The notes under the pieces are model-generated. The model searched no databases and had not been told where the DNA came from. It was given only the letters and a program-made list of their open reading frames with translations. A DNA stretch of 64,000 bases from the human T2T-CHM13v2.0 reference genome, Homo sapiens. The position numbers and the translations under genes were made by a program. How positions within the stretch are numbered: the stretch's first letter is position 1; each line of letters starts with the position of its first letter. The stretch is taken from NCBI RefSeq assembly GCF_009914755.1, contig NC_060934.1, one strand, 5' to 3'. Positions 30,699 through 45,800 of the stretch are shown in pieces.

Positions 30699-32170
30699 TC
30701 ACACACACACACAACTCAACAAAAATGATTGCAATCAGTACTTAAGCTTGTATCAGATCAAATGACAGAAACCTGAATGTTTGGCCCTGCAGGCTGCAGG
30801 CTCACACTGAGGCCTACTTGCAGGGACTCTGGCTAGGATTTTCTGGATAGAAAAAAAATAAGCCATCTCATCTTCGTTTTTAATTAATGCAGTCACCAGT
30901 TTTTCACTCCAAAGTGTCACAAGCAGGAAATCAAAGAAGGTCTTGTATAAATAATAAGAAAAAGAGGTTCTATCTATTAGTAATGGAAAGCATTTTCAAG
31001 GAGAGCTCAACAGACCGCTGATGGTCTCCACACTCCCTTCAGGTGAAACCTCTCAAAAATCATAATATAAATTATAGATGTGTCCAAGGTTTCTTAGGAT
31101 AGAATATTAAAAGTCTCATTTTAATAGTGTCTTAAGTCAAAAGAAAAAATATAGAAGAGCCTCTTATCCAGGTCATAACACAAATCCTTCTAATTCAACC
31201 AAAATGAAACAAACGTTTAGCTTTTTTATGATTGGCTTTTGTTTTAGTTTAGTTACAATTTTGAGAAGGAGTCTGAAAAATTATTCTACAGATTTATTTT
31301 TGTTCTCTCATAGTTTCTCTGAAAAACTTGATCAGGGAGGAGGAAAGGGTGATCCTGGTTCACTGGACCTGTCAGATCTGAATCCTCAGCTGGAAAAGGG
31401 ACGGATTCCCTGCGTCTCCTCCAGCAGTTTGCCACAGTGAGTATGAACTGTCAGTCATGGGGATGCAGAGATGTGCGCTCAGTCCCCTTTGGGGCTGGTT
31501 GGTTTCCTCTGGGTTTGTTGTGTTAAGCCTGCTGAAATGTGCTAGCTGAAGCATGCCGCCTTAACTCCTGTGCTCAAGGTGAAATGTCTCTCTAGGACTT
31601 GCCAAGACAATGCAAGCTAACATTCACTTCAAATGGCAACAAGCCCTGAGCATGAGTTGCTATTTACATTTTTATTCTTCCAGAAGAGGATTCTTCTCTC
31701 ACCACCACCCTCAGCTCACAAACCCATGACCTCATTGCATTTCTCACCTGCGACTCCTCCCTCACTTTAGCAGATTCGGGAGTAAACTTGAAGCGAAAGC
31801 CGTCACATGGCAGGCAGTCCACAAGGATCCGCTGGGATGCTATTGTTTCCTGGGAGTTTCGTGTCTTGATGTACATCATCTTGTGTGCTCATCCCAGTCA
31901 CCAGAGGAGGTTGGCAGAGCGGAAAATTATTTTGTCATCCCAACTTTATAGGAGGAGAAGTTGCTGAGGGTAGCATGGCTGGCAAATGGCAAGCTGAACT
32001 TTGAACGAGGAGAAATTTTCCTGCTTCTGGTCTAGGCCTGTTTTCATGAGACAATGTTGCCTCTTAGAAACCGGTGTTAGGAGATGTGAAAGATGTATGG
32101 TTAATATGAAATTAAAAGACCCAGGTTTGAATGCAGCTCTGACCACATACTACTCATACAACCTGAGCAT

Positions 32171-32786
<616 letters not shown>

Positions 32787-33229
32787 TGATCCAAGCATTT
32801 AAACTTCTTGAGGGTTCCATTTTCTGTCATTCAGGAATATACTATTTCTACTTCATATGATCACTGAGGAGAGTGAATTAGAAAATGCTCAGTGATAGCT
32901 TGTAAATATCCCTTTATTCCCCCGTAAAACCCACAAAGCTATTAAACATTTTGAAGTTGACTGCATTTTGCAATGAGGTACATTAATTAGCTACTCTCTA
33001 TACAAGGGGGTGGTTTCGAAGGGTGCGTGGAAGAAAGCCTGGGTCAAGAGCTCTGAGAACGCTGCTGCCCTGGCATCATTACAGCAATGACAAAGGAGCA
33101 GAACCTTCATAAAGCAAATTAGAAAACTTCCCATGCTACCAGGTAGTTCTTTTATTTGTAAATGAGGAGTGGAATAATTAAAGAAAAATCACAACTGCAT
33201 TCTTAGAATGTGAATTTGCTGATTTACCA

Positions 33230-33950
<721 letters not shown>

Positions 33951-34658
33951 TGAATATATTGCAAAAGATACCCAGAAGGCAGATGTATTTTCACACACAG
34001 GGACAGGCACACTGACATCTCGGAAGCTCAGATTTGTGCACAGTTTCTGGTCCTGTCTAAGAGGACAAAGGGGTATGGGGTGTCTGTAAATAACACACTT
34101 TAATGTGGTAGGTGCCATCATAGTCCCCAGTGAGGGACAATGGTGTGTTGTGATTAGGTGAATTGGGCTTCCTGAGGGGTTGAATTATTCTCTGTGTTTA
34201 GAAAGTGAAGGGCAGAGAGAAGCTGTGAAAGTCACTTGGGTTGAATGAGGACCAAAACTTGGCTGTAGCAAGCAATGTTTGGGGACCAGTGAGCACATAG
34301 GTTTGACTGAAGCAGAGGGTTTCCAAGGGACTAAAGAGAAATGACTGTAGTGGAAAGGGAAGGGGTATTTGTGGAGGTTCAAGGGTGAGCTGTGGCAGTT
34401 GGGTTATATGGGACAAGCAGTGGAGAGCCTTGGCAGTGCTGAGAAATGGACTTTCTGAAGAGAGGAAGTCTAAAAATGTCCATCTCTCTGTGGGAGGATA
34501 CTCACAGCTGCACCTTGCCTCCAGCCCCTTGGCCATCCCCTTTCTTCCCCTACCATTCTGCCCTGTCCAGACTCATTCCTCACTTGTCCGGTTTAATATG
34601 CTTCTCCCTCCAGATGTAAGCAACCCCTTCCCTGAGTGCCCAGGTTTATAATGGGAAG

Positions 34659-34821
34659 GTTGCCATGACAACAACATAGCAGAAATAGCCAATAGAATTT
34701 AAACCCAGCCATGCTAGAAAAAGCTATGGTTTCAAGTGTCTATAATTTAGTGGAAATCAGGGAGAAACCTCACCTTATGCTCAGGTCAGTCCTGGAAGAT
34801 AAACAAGTGTTCTCACGTGAC
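34659..34821. promoter_or_regulatory. Candidate RFX X-box + CCAAT + CACGTG E-box module
   Basis: GTTGCCATGACAAC (34659-34672), AGCCAATAG (34687-34695), TCACGTGAC (34813-34821) in apparently unique sequence. Confidence 0.45.
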
Positions 34822-34940
34822 AGAATGCAAAGGATCTGAAACCAGCCTGGCACTCAGCATCTGGTAGACCTTGGTCAGGAATTGGGTTATTCCTCCTCAA
34901 GAATAAAAGTTGGTTGGTCATATTGCTCACTTAAAAGCTG

Positions 34941-35098
34941 TTTTTGTTTTTGTTTTCCAAGACAGGGTCTCACTCTCTCACCCAGGCTGGAGTGCAATGA
35001 TGCAATCATAGCTCCCTGTTGCCTCCAAATCCTAGGCTCAAGCAATCCCCCTGCCTCAGTCTCCTGAGTAGCTGGGTCTACAAGTGCACACCACCAGG
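34941..35098 (-). mobile_element. AluJ right-arm fragment
   Basis: agacagggtctcactct...caagtgcacaccacc; no left arm. Confidence 0.85.
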
Positions 35099-35099
35099 T

Positions 35100-36645
35100 C
35101 CATATTCTTTTGGTTATTTAAAAATGTACAGTAAGTTATTGTTGATTGTAAGCACCCTGTTGTGCCATCAAATACCAGATCTTATTAATTCCATTTAACT
35201 ATATTTTTGTCCCCATTAATCATCCTCACTCCCCCCGCCACTCCACTACCCTTCGCAGCCTCTGGTAACCATCATTTAATTGTTTTAATTTTTAGCTCCC
35301 ATGAATTGGGGAGAACATGTGGAGTTTGACTTTCTGTGTTTGGCTTATTTCACTTAACGTAATGTCCTCCAGTTCCATCCATGTTGTTGCAGATTACAGG
35401 ATCTGATTTTTTTATGGCTTCTTATTTTTTTTATAGTACTCCATTGTCATTATGTACCACATTTTCTTTATCCATTCATCTGTTGATGGACACTTAGGTT
35501 GCTTCCAAATCTTGGCTATTGTGGAGAGTTCTGCAATAAACATGGATGTGCATATATGTCATTAATATACTAATTTCTTTTGGGAATATACCTATCAGTG
35601 GGATTGCTGGATCTTATGGTAGTTCCATTTTTAATTTTTAGAGGAACATCCAAACTGTACTGCTTAGTGGCTATAGTAATGTACATTCCCACCAACAGTG
35701 AATGAGGGTTCCCTTTTCTCTACACCCTTGACAGCATTTGCTATTGCCTGTTTTTGGATAAAAGCCATTTTAACTGGGGTGAGATGATATCTCATTGTAG
35801 TTTTGATTTGCATTTCTCTGATGATCAGTGATGTTGAGCAACTTTGCTTATGCCTGTTTGCCATTTGTATGTCTTCTTTTGAGAAATGTCTATTCAGATG
35901 TTTGGCCCATTTTTAATGGGATTATTAGATATTTTTCCTGTTGAGTTGTTTGAGCTCCTTATATATTCTGGTTATTAATCTTTTGTAAAATGGATAGTTT
36001 GCAAATATGTTCTCCCATTTTGTGGGTTGTCTCTTCACTTTGTTGATTGTTTCCTTTGCTATGCAGAAGCTTTTTAACTTGATGTAATCTCATTTGTCCG
36101 TGTTTGCTTTGGTTACCTGTGCTTTTAAGTTATTACTTAAGAAATCTTTGCCTAGACCAATGTCCTGGAGAGTTTCCCCAATGTTTTCTTGTAGTAGTTT
36201 CATAGTTTGAGGTCATAGATTCAAGTCTTTAATTTATTTTTATATGATTTTTGTATATGGTGAGAGATAGGGGTTTAGTTTCATTCTTCTGCATATAGAT
36301 ATTGAGTTTTTCCAGCACCATTTATTGAAGAGACTGTTTTTTACCCAATGTATGTTCTTGGCATCTTTGTCAAAAGTGCAATCACTGTAGATGTACGGAT
36401 TTATTTCTGGATTCTCTATTCTGTTCCATTGGTCTATGTGTCTGTTTTTATGCCAGGACCTTGCTGTTTGGGTTACAATAGCTCTGTGGTATAATTTGAA
36501 GTCAGGTAATGTGATTTTTCCTGTTCTGTTCTTTTTGCTCAGGATGGCTTTAGCTATTCTAGGTCTTTAGTGGTTCAATATGAATTTTAGGATTATTTTT
36601 TCTATTTCTTGAAGAATGTCATTGGCATTTTCATAGAGATTGCAT
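35100..36645 (-). mobile_element. L1MA-type fragment (3'UTR and ORF2 C-terminus)
   Basis: Antisense translation [22 protein letters not shown]; L1MA 3'UTR motifs. Confidence 0.93.
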
Positions 36646-36819
36646 TTTCTGAGGGCTATTTGTATCCCAGAAATGATGACAATAACAATCCAAGAAAAAT
36701 TTTAAAAGGAAAGAAAGAAAATATATTTATAAGCCTACTCACTGAAACATTATTTGCAGTAGCAAAATATTGGAAACAACTCAAATATCCATCAATCTAG
36801 GTGGGACTGCTACTGTATG

Positions 36820-38800
36820 CAAAAACACATCACTATACCCAAGGTCACCTAGATTTTCTCCTGTGTTATCTTCTAGGAGTTTCACAGTTTCGTATTTTAC
36901 ATTTAGGTCTATAGTACATTTTGAGTTAATTTTTGTGAGGGCGGTTAAGTCCATGTCTAGATTTATTTATTTTGCTTGAGACTGTTCAGTTGTGACAGCA
37001 CCATTTGTCAAAAAGATGATTTTTGCTCCATCGCATTACCTTTGCTTGTCAAAGACCAGATGACTATGTGGATCTATTTTTGGGCCCTCTATTTTGTTTC
37101 ATTGATCTATTTATCTACTCTTTTGCCAACACCAAACTGTCTTGATTACTGTAGGTTTACGGTAATCGTTGAAGTTGAATACTGCCAATCCTCCAACTTT
37201 GTTCTTCTCCATCAATATTGAGTTGGCCTTTTGCCACTCCATATAGTCCTTAAAATCACTTTGTCAATATCCACAAAATAACTTACAAAGCTTTGACTGG
37301 GATTGTGTTGAATCTACAGCTCAAGTTGGAAAGAACTAACAATTTGATAGTACCGAGTCTTCCAATTTGTGAACATGAAATGTCTCTCCATTTATTTAGT
37401 TCGTATTTAATACATTTCATTAGAGTTTAATAGTTTTCCTCATATAGATATTATACATATTTTGTTAGATTTATACCTAAGTATTTCATTTTGAGAGGTG
37501 CTAATGAAATGGTAATGCATTTGTAATTTCAAGTTTCACTCCTTCATTGCTGGTATGTAGAAAAGCAATTGACTTTTGTATTTTAACTTTGTATCCTGTG
37601 ACCTGGCTATAATCACTTATTAGTTTCAAAGTTTCTTTGTCAATTCTTTCAGAGTTTCTACATAGAAAATCATGTCATCTGCAAACACAATTTTATTTCT
37701 TCTATCTCAATGTATATAACTTTTATTTACTTTTCTTGTCTTATTGCATTAGCTAGGACTTGCAGTCAAATTTTGAAAAGAGTAGTGAAAGGGGACATTC
37801 TCCCCTTGTTCCTGGTCTTAGTGGAAAAACTTTGAGTTTCTCACCATTAAATATGATGTCAGCTATAGGTATTTTGTAGATATTATTTGTCTACAAAGGG
37901 GAAGTTCCCCTCTATTCCTAGTTTGCTGAGAGTTTTTATCAAGAATGTGTATTGGATTTTGTCAAACGCTCTTTCTGCATCTATTAATATCATCACATGA
38001 TTTCTGTTCTTTAGCCTATTGATGCAATGGATTACATTAATTGATTTTTGATTGTTGAATCAACATTGCATAACTGAGATAAATTCCACTTGGTCATGGT
38101 GTAAAATTCTTTTTCTACCTTGTTGGATTTGATTTGCTAACATTTTGTTGAGGACTTTTGCCTCTATGTTAATGGAAGATATTTGTCTGTAGTTTTCTTT
38201 TCTTGTAATGTCTTTGACTGGTTTTAACATTAGGCGAATGCTGATCTCATAGAATGAGTTAGGAATTATTTTCTTTGTTTCTTCTGGAAGAGATTGTGGA
38301 CTATGGGTGTAAATTTTTTCCTTTTGTGTTTGGTAGAACTCACCAATGAACCCATTTGAACCTAGTGCTTTCTGTTTTGTAAGATTAGTTATCATAGATT
38401 TAATTTCTTTAACAGATATAGGCCTATTTCAATTGTTTGTTTCTTCTTACATGAGTTTTGACAATTTCGTCTTTCAAGGAATTGGTCCATTTCATCTAGG
38501 TTATCAAATTTGTGGGCATAGAATTGCTCATAGTATTCTTTAATTACTCTTTTAATGTTCAGGGGATCTGTAGTGATGCTCTGTCATTCATTTCTGATCC
38601 TAGTAATTTGTATTTTCTCTTTTTTTCTTTAGTTAGCCTGGCTGGAGGCTTATCAATTTTATCAATTTCTTCAAAGAACCATCTCCTGGTTTTGTTGACT
38701 TTCCCTATTGATTTCCTATTTTCAAGTTCATTGATTTCTGCTCTAATTTTTATTATGTCTTTTCTTCTGCTTAGTGTGAATTAAATTTGCTCTTTCTCCA
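36820..38800 (-). mobile_element. Old L1M ORF2 fragment (RT region)
   Basis: Antisense IPNSFYEISI...HHDQVEFI; atcatgtcatctgcaaa encodes FADDM. Confidence 0.9.
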
Positions 38801-38934
38801 GTTTCTATGCTCTGCCTATTTGCAATAAATATTTATTATTTATAGTAAAATAAAATTTTACCTTAAAGTAAAAAGATTAGTGGTTGCCATTAGAGGTTGG
38901 AGAGAGGAGAAGGATGAAGAGATGGAGGACTTAT

Positions 38935-39595
38935 TTTAATATTGCCTTGCAAGGCAGGTCTACTGCCAACAAATTCTCTCAATTTTTATTTGTTTGAGGA
39001 AGTATTTCTCGCTTCACTTTTCAAAGATAATTTCACAGAGTAGAGAATTCTAAATAGATAGTTTTTTTTTTTCTCTCAACACTTTAAATATTTCACTTTA
39101 CTCTCTTCTTCTTTTTTCTCCACTCTCTTCTTGCTTGCTTTTTTCTTGGGAGAGATTGATACAATTCTTATCTTTTTCCCCTCAGAGGTAAGACTTTCTT
39201 TTTCCTTTCTTTTTTCAAGATTTTTTCTATATCTTTGATTTTATGAAATTTGAATATAATATGTCTATGTGTAGTTTTTAAGGGATTTATCCTACTTGGT
39301 AGTCTCTGAATTTCCTGGGTCTGTGGTGTGGTACATGACATTAATTTGGAGATATTCTCAGTCATTAAAACTTTGAATATTTTCTTTCTGTTTTTGTCTT
39401 TCTTTCCTACATAATGGTATTCCCATTATGGGCATGCTACACCTTTTGTAGTTGTGACACCACTCTAGACTATTCTACTGTCTTCTTTTCAGTATTTTTT
39501 CTCTTTACTTTCCAGTTTGAGAAATTTCAATTGTCATAGCCTCAAGCTCAGAGACTCTTTCCCTCAGTCAAACCCAGTGTGCTAATGAGCCCATT
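38935..39595 (-). mobile_element. Old L1M ORF1-region fragment
   Basis: Antisense TPQTQEIQRLPSRINPLKTTHRHIIFK. Confidence 0.8.
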
Positions 39596-39619
39596 GTCCA
39601 ATTAGTTTTGCTGTGATAA

Positions 39620-39885
39620 TAATATGGTATGTTTTAAAAAGAAGTCCTTTTATAGATTCAAACAGAAGTATTCCAAATTAAATTCTATTACTCTAGCTAA
39701 GATTTGTCTCATACCTATCCAGTACAGTGTGCATGGGACAGGGAAGGGAAAGGATAGGCAGAGGTCGAGATGACCAAGTTTGACTGTTAGTTAATACATG
39801 TTGAAGCTGGGTGATATGTACATGGAGGTTTACTCTACTAGTCTTTCCAATTTTGTATATGTTTGAAATTTCTCACAATAAAACA
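39620..39885 (+). mobile_element. L1ME-type 3' end
   Basis: gttgaagctgggtgatatgtacatggaggtt...ttttgtatatgtttgaaatttctcacaataaaa. Confidence 0.75.
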
Positions 39886-39989
39886 GATAAAGATAGATTA
39901 ACAGAGAGAAGAAGAACAATCTAACACAGAGAATAGATAGTGGTCATTTCAGATCTTGAGGAACCAGGGAAGAATGCTTTCCTGGGCCC

Positions 39990-40560
39990 CTCAAATCATA
40001 CATACGTGACCAAATGGTTTGCCTTTGCCAAGCTTCCCTGCTCAGAAACGATTCCTTCTACAGCTCTGTTATACTTCTGCTTCTCTAAAAGCTGGTGTCT
40101 GTGACTGCCTGCTCAGCCCTGGGCAAATCCCACGTGCACTGTTAATCAAGTTTGCTAAGCTGCCACGAAGTCTAGGGGTCACTGATCCCCCTGGACTCTG
40201 CTTGGTGCTATTGATTCCTGCCTGCTGCCCCGTGGTCTTGCGACCTCTCTGCATGCCCCATGGCCTGTGTTTCCTGTCCCTCCAGGAGTGCGCTTGTCGG
40301 CTCCACGGTTTCCCTTGCTGCAGGGAGTAGAATGTGATGCCTAATGAAATTTACTGGGCAACAATAAGGTTCAAGGTTGGCGCCTCCTGCAGAGGAGTTA
40401 AGTCTTATCTGCTTTCAGCACCACTCTCCCTGTGGTACTTGGCCAGACTTGCTGCAGATTTTCAGAGCAATTGGTTTTCAAGCTGTCGCTCCTAACCCCG
40501 GCTCTAGCCTCAGAGGTGACCTTTCTCCGGGCTGGATTATTTATGTCTATCCTGCAGCCT
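39990..40560. promoter_or_regulatory. CpG-retaining unique region with CTCF-like motif
   Basis: More than a dozen CpGs; minus-strand TCCTCTGCAGGAGGCGCCA at about 40378-40396; CACGTG; GATA site. Confidence 0.3.
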
Positions 40561-40897
40561 CACTAGGGAAGTGTGTTTTGGCCCCCATACAAAGATTACT
40601 GTCTCCTATATGACCTCAAAATATTTCCCTGCACATGGCTCTCCAGTGGGATACTTTGCTGAAGTTTGCTGACTTTTTATTTTAGTTGCTTAAGATTGTT
40701 TCCTTTTTGAGGTACCAGAGGCATCTCTTTGGGGATCTACTGTGCCCATTTCAAATAGGTTAAAAACTTTGTGCTACAGACAGTGGGTGCAATTTTCAGT
40801 TTTAGGATTTGGTGCTAGTGTGGCCTGGTGGTTAAGCTCATGGCCTTTGTCAGGCTGACTTGGGTTTAGATATCAGCTCCTCCACAGCTATGTGATT

Positions 40898-41598
40898 TTT
40901 AATTTAATTCATTTAAGTTTTAATTGACAAGTATTAGTTGTATATAGGCATATCTTGGAGATAGTTCAGGGTTGGTTCCAGACCACCACAATAAAAAGAA
41001 CATTGTAATAAAGCACGTTGCTCACATTTTTGGTTTCCCAATGCATTGTAAGAGTTATATTTACACTATAGTCTATTAAGTGTGCAATAGCATCATGTCT
41101 TATAAAGCAACGTGCATGCCTTCATTTAAAAATACTTTGTTGTCAAAACATGCTGACACAGGGACACAAAATAAGCGCATGTTGTCAAAAAAATGGTGCC
41201 GGTGGATTTGCTTGTTGCAGGGTTACCACAAGCCTTCAATTTGTAAAAAACACAGTATCTGTGAAGTGCAATAAAGTGAGGTATGCCTGGATACTTACAG
41301 TGTACACTGTGATGTTTTGTTATATGCATTTATTCACATATGTAAACATTATGGAATAAAGAAATCAAGCTAATTAACATATCTTTCACCTCATATATTT
41401 ATCTGTTTTTTATGATGTTAGCATTTAAAATCTACTCTATTAGCAATTTCGAAATACACAACACATTACGATTAACTATAGTCACCATGCCATGCAGTAG
41501 ACTTAAAAAAATGTATCCCTCTGATCTAATGGAAACATTGTCCCTTTCGACCAACATTTTCCCATTTCATCCCACCCTGCCAGACTCTGGTAACCAAT
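40898..41598 (-). mobile_element. L1MA8/9-like short 3' insertion
   Basis: aatcaagctaattaacatatc, ttaactatagtcaccatg; TSD agctatgtgatt / agctgtgtgatt. Confidence 0.88.
40945..41289 (-). mobile_element. Internally deleted Tigger1
   Basis: Both termini (AGGCATA...GAGGTATGCCTG) and subterminal Tigger1 sequence present; transposase absent. Confidence 0.88.
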
Positions 41599-41877
41599 AG
41601 CTGTGTGATTATGAAAAATCAGCTAACCCCTGAGACTCAATTTCCTCAGCTCCACTGTAGTACTTACCTTGTGGGGAGCTGCAAAGAGTAGGAGAGATAC
41701 TATGTGCATGCTTGTCACATTGTGACTCTTCATTAAATGGTAATTACTCACATATTATTGAAAAGATTAACCACAATGTATAGTCATAATTTTGATAGTG
41801 ACAGCTTTCAAAACATAAATTGCATGCACTCCATCATACATCTACTATAACGCTTAATACCTTGTGCTGTAATTATT

Positions 41878-42819
<942 letters not shown>

Positions 42820-45800
42820 TAATTATTCTTATGGAATTATTTCCTCACCTAGGCTAAATGGCAGAAACTCCCTCTCATTTTTTTTTCTTACTAATATCTA
42901 GCACATTCCTTAGCACCTAATAGGTAATCAATATCTGTTGATTGAAGGAATGGTTGTGACTGTTATCAGCAACCAGTGATACTGACTTTAAAATCATAAA
43001 ACACACCCAATACGCATGTGCATTCTCATGCATCTTCATATCTGTGATCAAAATATTGACAATCCCCAAACACTGCGTTCCTTATTTACTTCTTTCAGAA
43101 GTGGCTATGGAAGGAAACTTAAGGAGATTCCTGTGGGTCTTTCTCCTCCTTCCTTACCCTGGAAAGAGTAGAGCATGAAATAAGGCCACTAAATGCTGTT
43201 CAGGGGGAAAATGAGCTGCTGTTTTGCAGATGCATGTAGATGAAGCTATTGACCTGTGGTTTGAAGGATATTCATTTTTTGTTTTTTCTTGTAGTGTGCA
43301 GTCTTCCAAATCTTTATATTGGCTAGGATTTTGCTGGATTTTTCTCAGATATGTCTGAGTTTTGTGTTTTGTGCTTTTGGAGCTTTGGAAATGGAGCACA
43401 TCCTGTTTGATGAAGGCCAGTTTTGGTGTAATGCAGGCAAGTGGAGATACAGGTACTACATCAGGTTCAGATAACTGAAATGAGTGACAGATTAAAGACA
43501 CCCTTGATTAAGCTTTCTCTACAAAAGTATAACTCTTTGTTAAAATAGTATAACCATCAACTCATCCTTAATGAAGTACAGTTACACAGTTATTCACTTA
43601 CGGTGAAGACACCATGTGAAGCAGGAATTTAAAGCAATACATCTATTCTTTCTTCTCAAATCTACAATTTTCTAAAGGCCTACTTACTTTATTTCCCCAG
43701 GAATTTATTTTCTGCACCATAATTCTCTCCTTCTGGCCAGAAGCAATTTGTAATCCTGATTCTGTGACTTGACCCTGGGCAGCCTTCACTGAGAAGCCTT
43801 GGACTTTGACGTTCTTTGAGGTGGATCTAGGTTTGGGTTAAATTGTTCTGTCTATATACCATAAAAATGACAACAATGGCAACGATAATAAAACACCAAA
43901 ATACCTCCATAACTTTTTGTTTCAGGTACATAAGAAAAGTGTAGAAACTTATTGCCTCATCCTATTCTTTTCTCCCTAAAATCATAACACCTTTAAATGC
44001 TTTACATTATCTTTCTGGGGGAGATTCAAAATGAAATTTTTCCCACTGTGCATTTACATTTTTCAATACACACACGTACGTATGCATATACACGGATATA
44101 CACGTATCACCACCACACAGTAACAACAGAAATTCAATCTTTTCCTGGCATTTTAAAGCTTTTAGTGTCCATATGACTTTTCAAGGTAGGAAGCATCTCT
44201 GTGAGGGAGAGAGATGGCTCTGGGACCAACTTCTGCTGCTGCCAATCAGTGCCTTATCAGATACAGGCAGATTTTCTGAAATCCACAAAGTCAGCTTCCG
44301 TAGACTCCTAGTTCTTCTCTTCTGGAGACACCTTATTAGTTTAAGTCACTTCTATGTTTTCTACAGAAACATTCCCAGTGTATGTGAAATGTACAATTTT
44401 AAAAGCAAGCAGAAAAAGAAAGGTTCCACATCGCTGTCTCTAAAGAGGGGGAGGGAATAGAAGAACATGAGCTTATAATCATATGATTTAGACACAACCC
44501 TTGACAAACCCAAGTGACTACTTCAAGGCACTGGAAGAGAAAGTCCAGGGGCAACATGCTGATTAAACATGCTGCACTGAAGTCAGAGTTCTGCATAAAT
44601 ACTATTATGTGTCACTGTTGATTTTCTCCTTTAGCACAACCGAAAATAAATTGCTCGCATTGTGTCCATCATCTCACCTTGAATGGAATTTCCTCAGTGT
44701 ACAGAATATCAGAAGTGGGGCTGCCTTGCCCCTACAAAATGGCGAAGTAGATAAAGTTTATTTTTGCTGCCATCCTACCTTCCCTCTGCTCTCGCCCCGA
44801 TTTCCTGGAGTTGTTCCTCAGGCTCTATCCTGTGTCCAATTCCCCAGGGCCTCCTTGCTGTCAGTTAATAATAGCTTTCAATGCTGTTATTCTTCTCGGA
44901 GTTTTTGCATTTTAATAGGACCCCCAGGGATTAAAATGCCTCCAGAACCAAAAGAGTGAATCTCTAATGGTGGAATTTTAGGTACCGGTGACAGGCATTG
45001 TGGGAGATTTCATGGGGAGGGTTCTCTCAGAAGACGAACAGCCCCACAGCTTTCGACTTGACTGACTTGGTATGGTTGACCCTACAAAGGAGTATAGGAA
45101 TGTGAATTAATCAGCCATGAAATACTGAACGTTATTGCAAAGAAAACCTTCAACTTTGCTAATTACACTTTAATGTTTTAATCAACTTTTCAGTACATGA
45201 ATATGTGGTAATACTAAAGGTGTTTCCTGGCTGGGAAAATGATGCAGTATCTTAGGGAAAGTTCTTTCGAGTGACAGTGCAGTAGGGGATGGAGTGGAGT
45301 TGTTGGGATGGAAATGCTTAGTAATCTGTGTTCCAGGTCTTAGCCCATTACTGAAGGGAGCAATCACATTGACATAGAAGAGAATCGCCCGATTAACTCT
45401 TAGGTACAGGCGTGAAATAATAATAAATCCCATACTGAACTGTTGTTTCCATATACGTTTTGCACATGGACAAAAAAAAAAAAAAAAGAAGCTGGGATAT
45501 TCTTCTCACCATTGTTCAGCACAAGAGGATGTCAGATTCCTGCACTTTATCTGGACTTCTCTATCATTCTCTCTTTTTTTCTCCTGCTAAGTAAACAGTG
45601 GAGCTTCATCCATTATTCAGCTATCAGAGACTGTCAGGATTTTCTGGTTGTGGAACTTGGGAGTTCTTAACATTTCTTTAAAACTGTGGAAAAATGTATT
45701 TGCAAAACTGCTGGAAAGGGAAATGAAGAGAGATATCAACCCCTACAATATAATTAATCCTTGTGAGCTTCTCCCCCAGAGGGCTAACTTGAGTTTCTCT

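Larger units (their letters stand above)
40820..41755 (+). mobile_element. MIR split by L1MA (halves 40820-40897 and 41599-41755)
   Basis: gtggttaagc...tgggttt...cagctc on the left; tgagactcaatttcctcagc on the right. Confidence 0.7.

Noticed and set aside
34659-34695. MHC class II X-Y module reading of the RFX + CCAAT pair
   Set aside because: CCAAT orientation is opposite to the X-ATTGG arrangement and no S or X2 box is evident
40414-40430. REST/RE1-like TTCAGCACCAC
   Set aside because: Left half-site only; no GGACAG half
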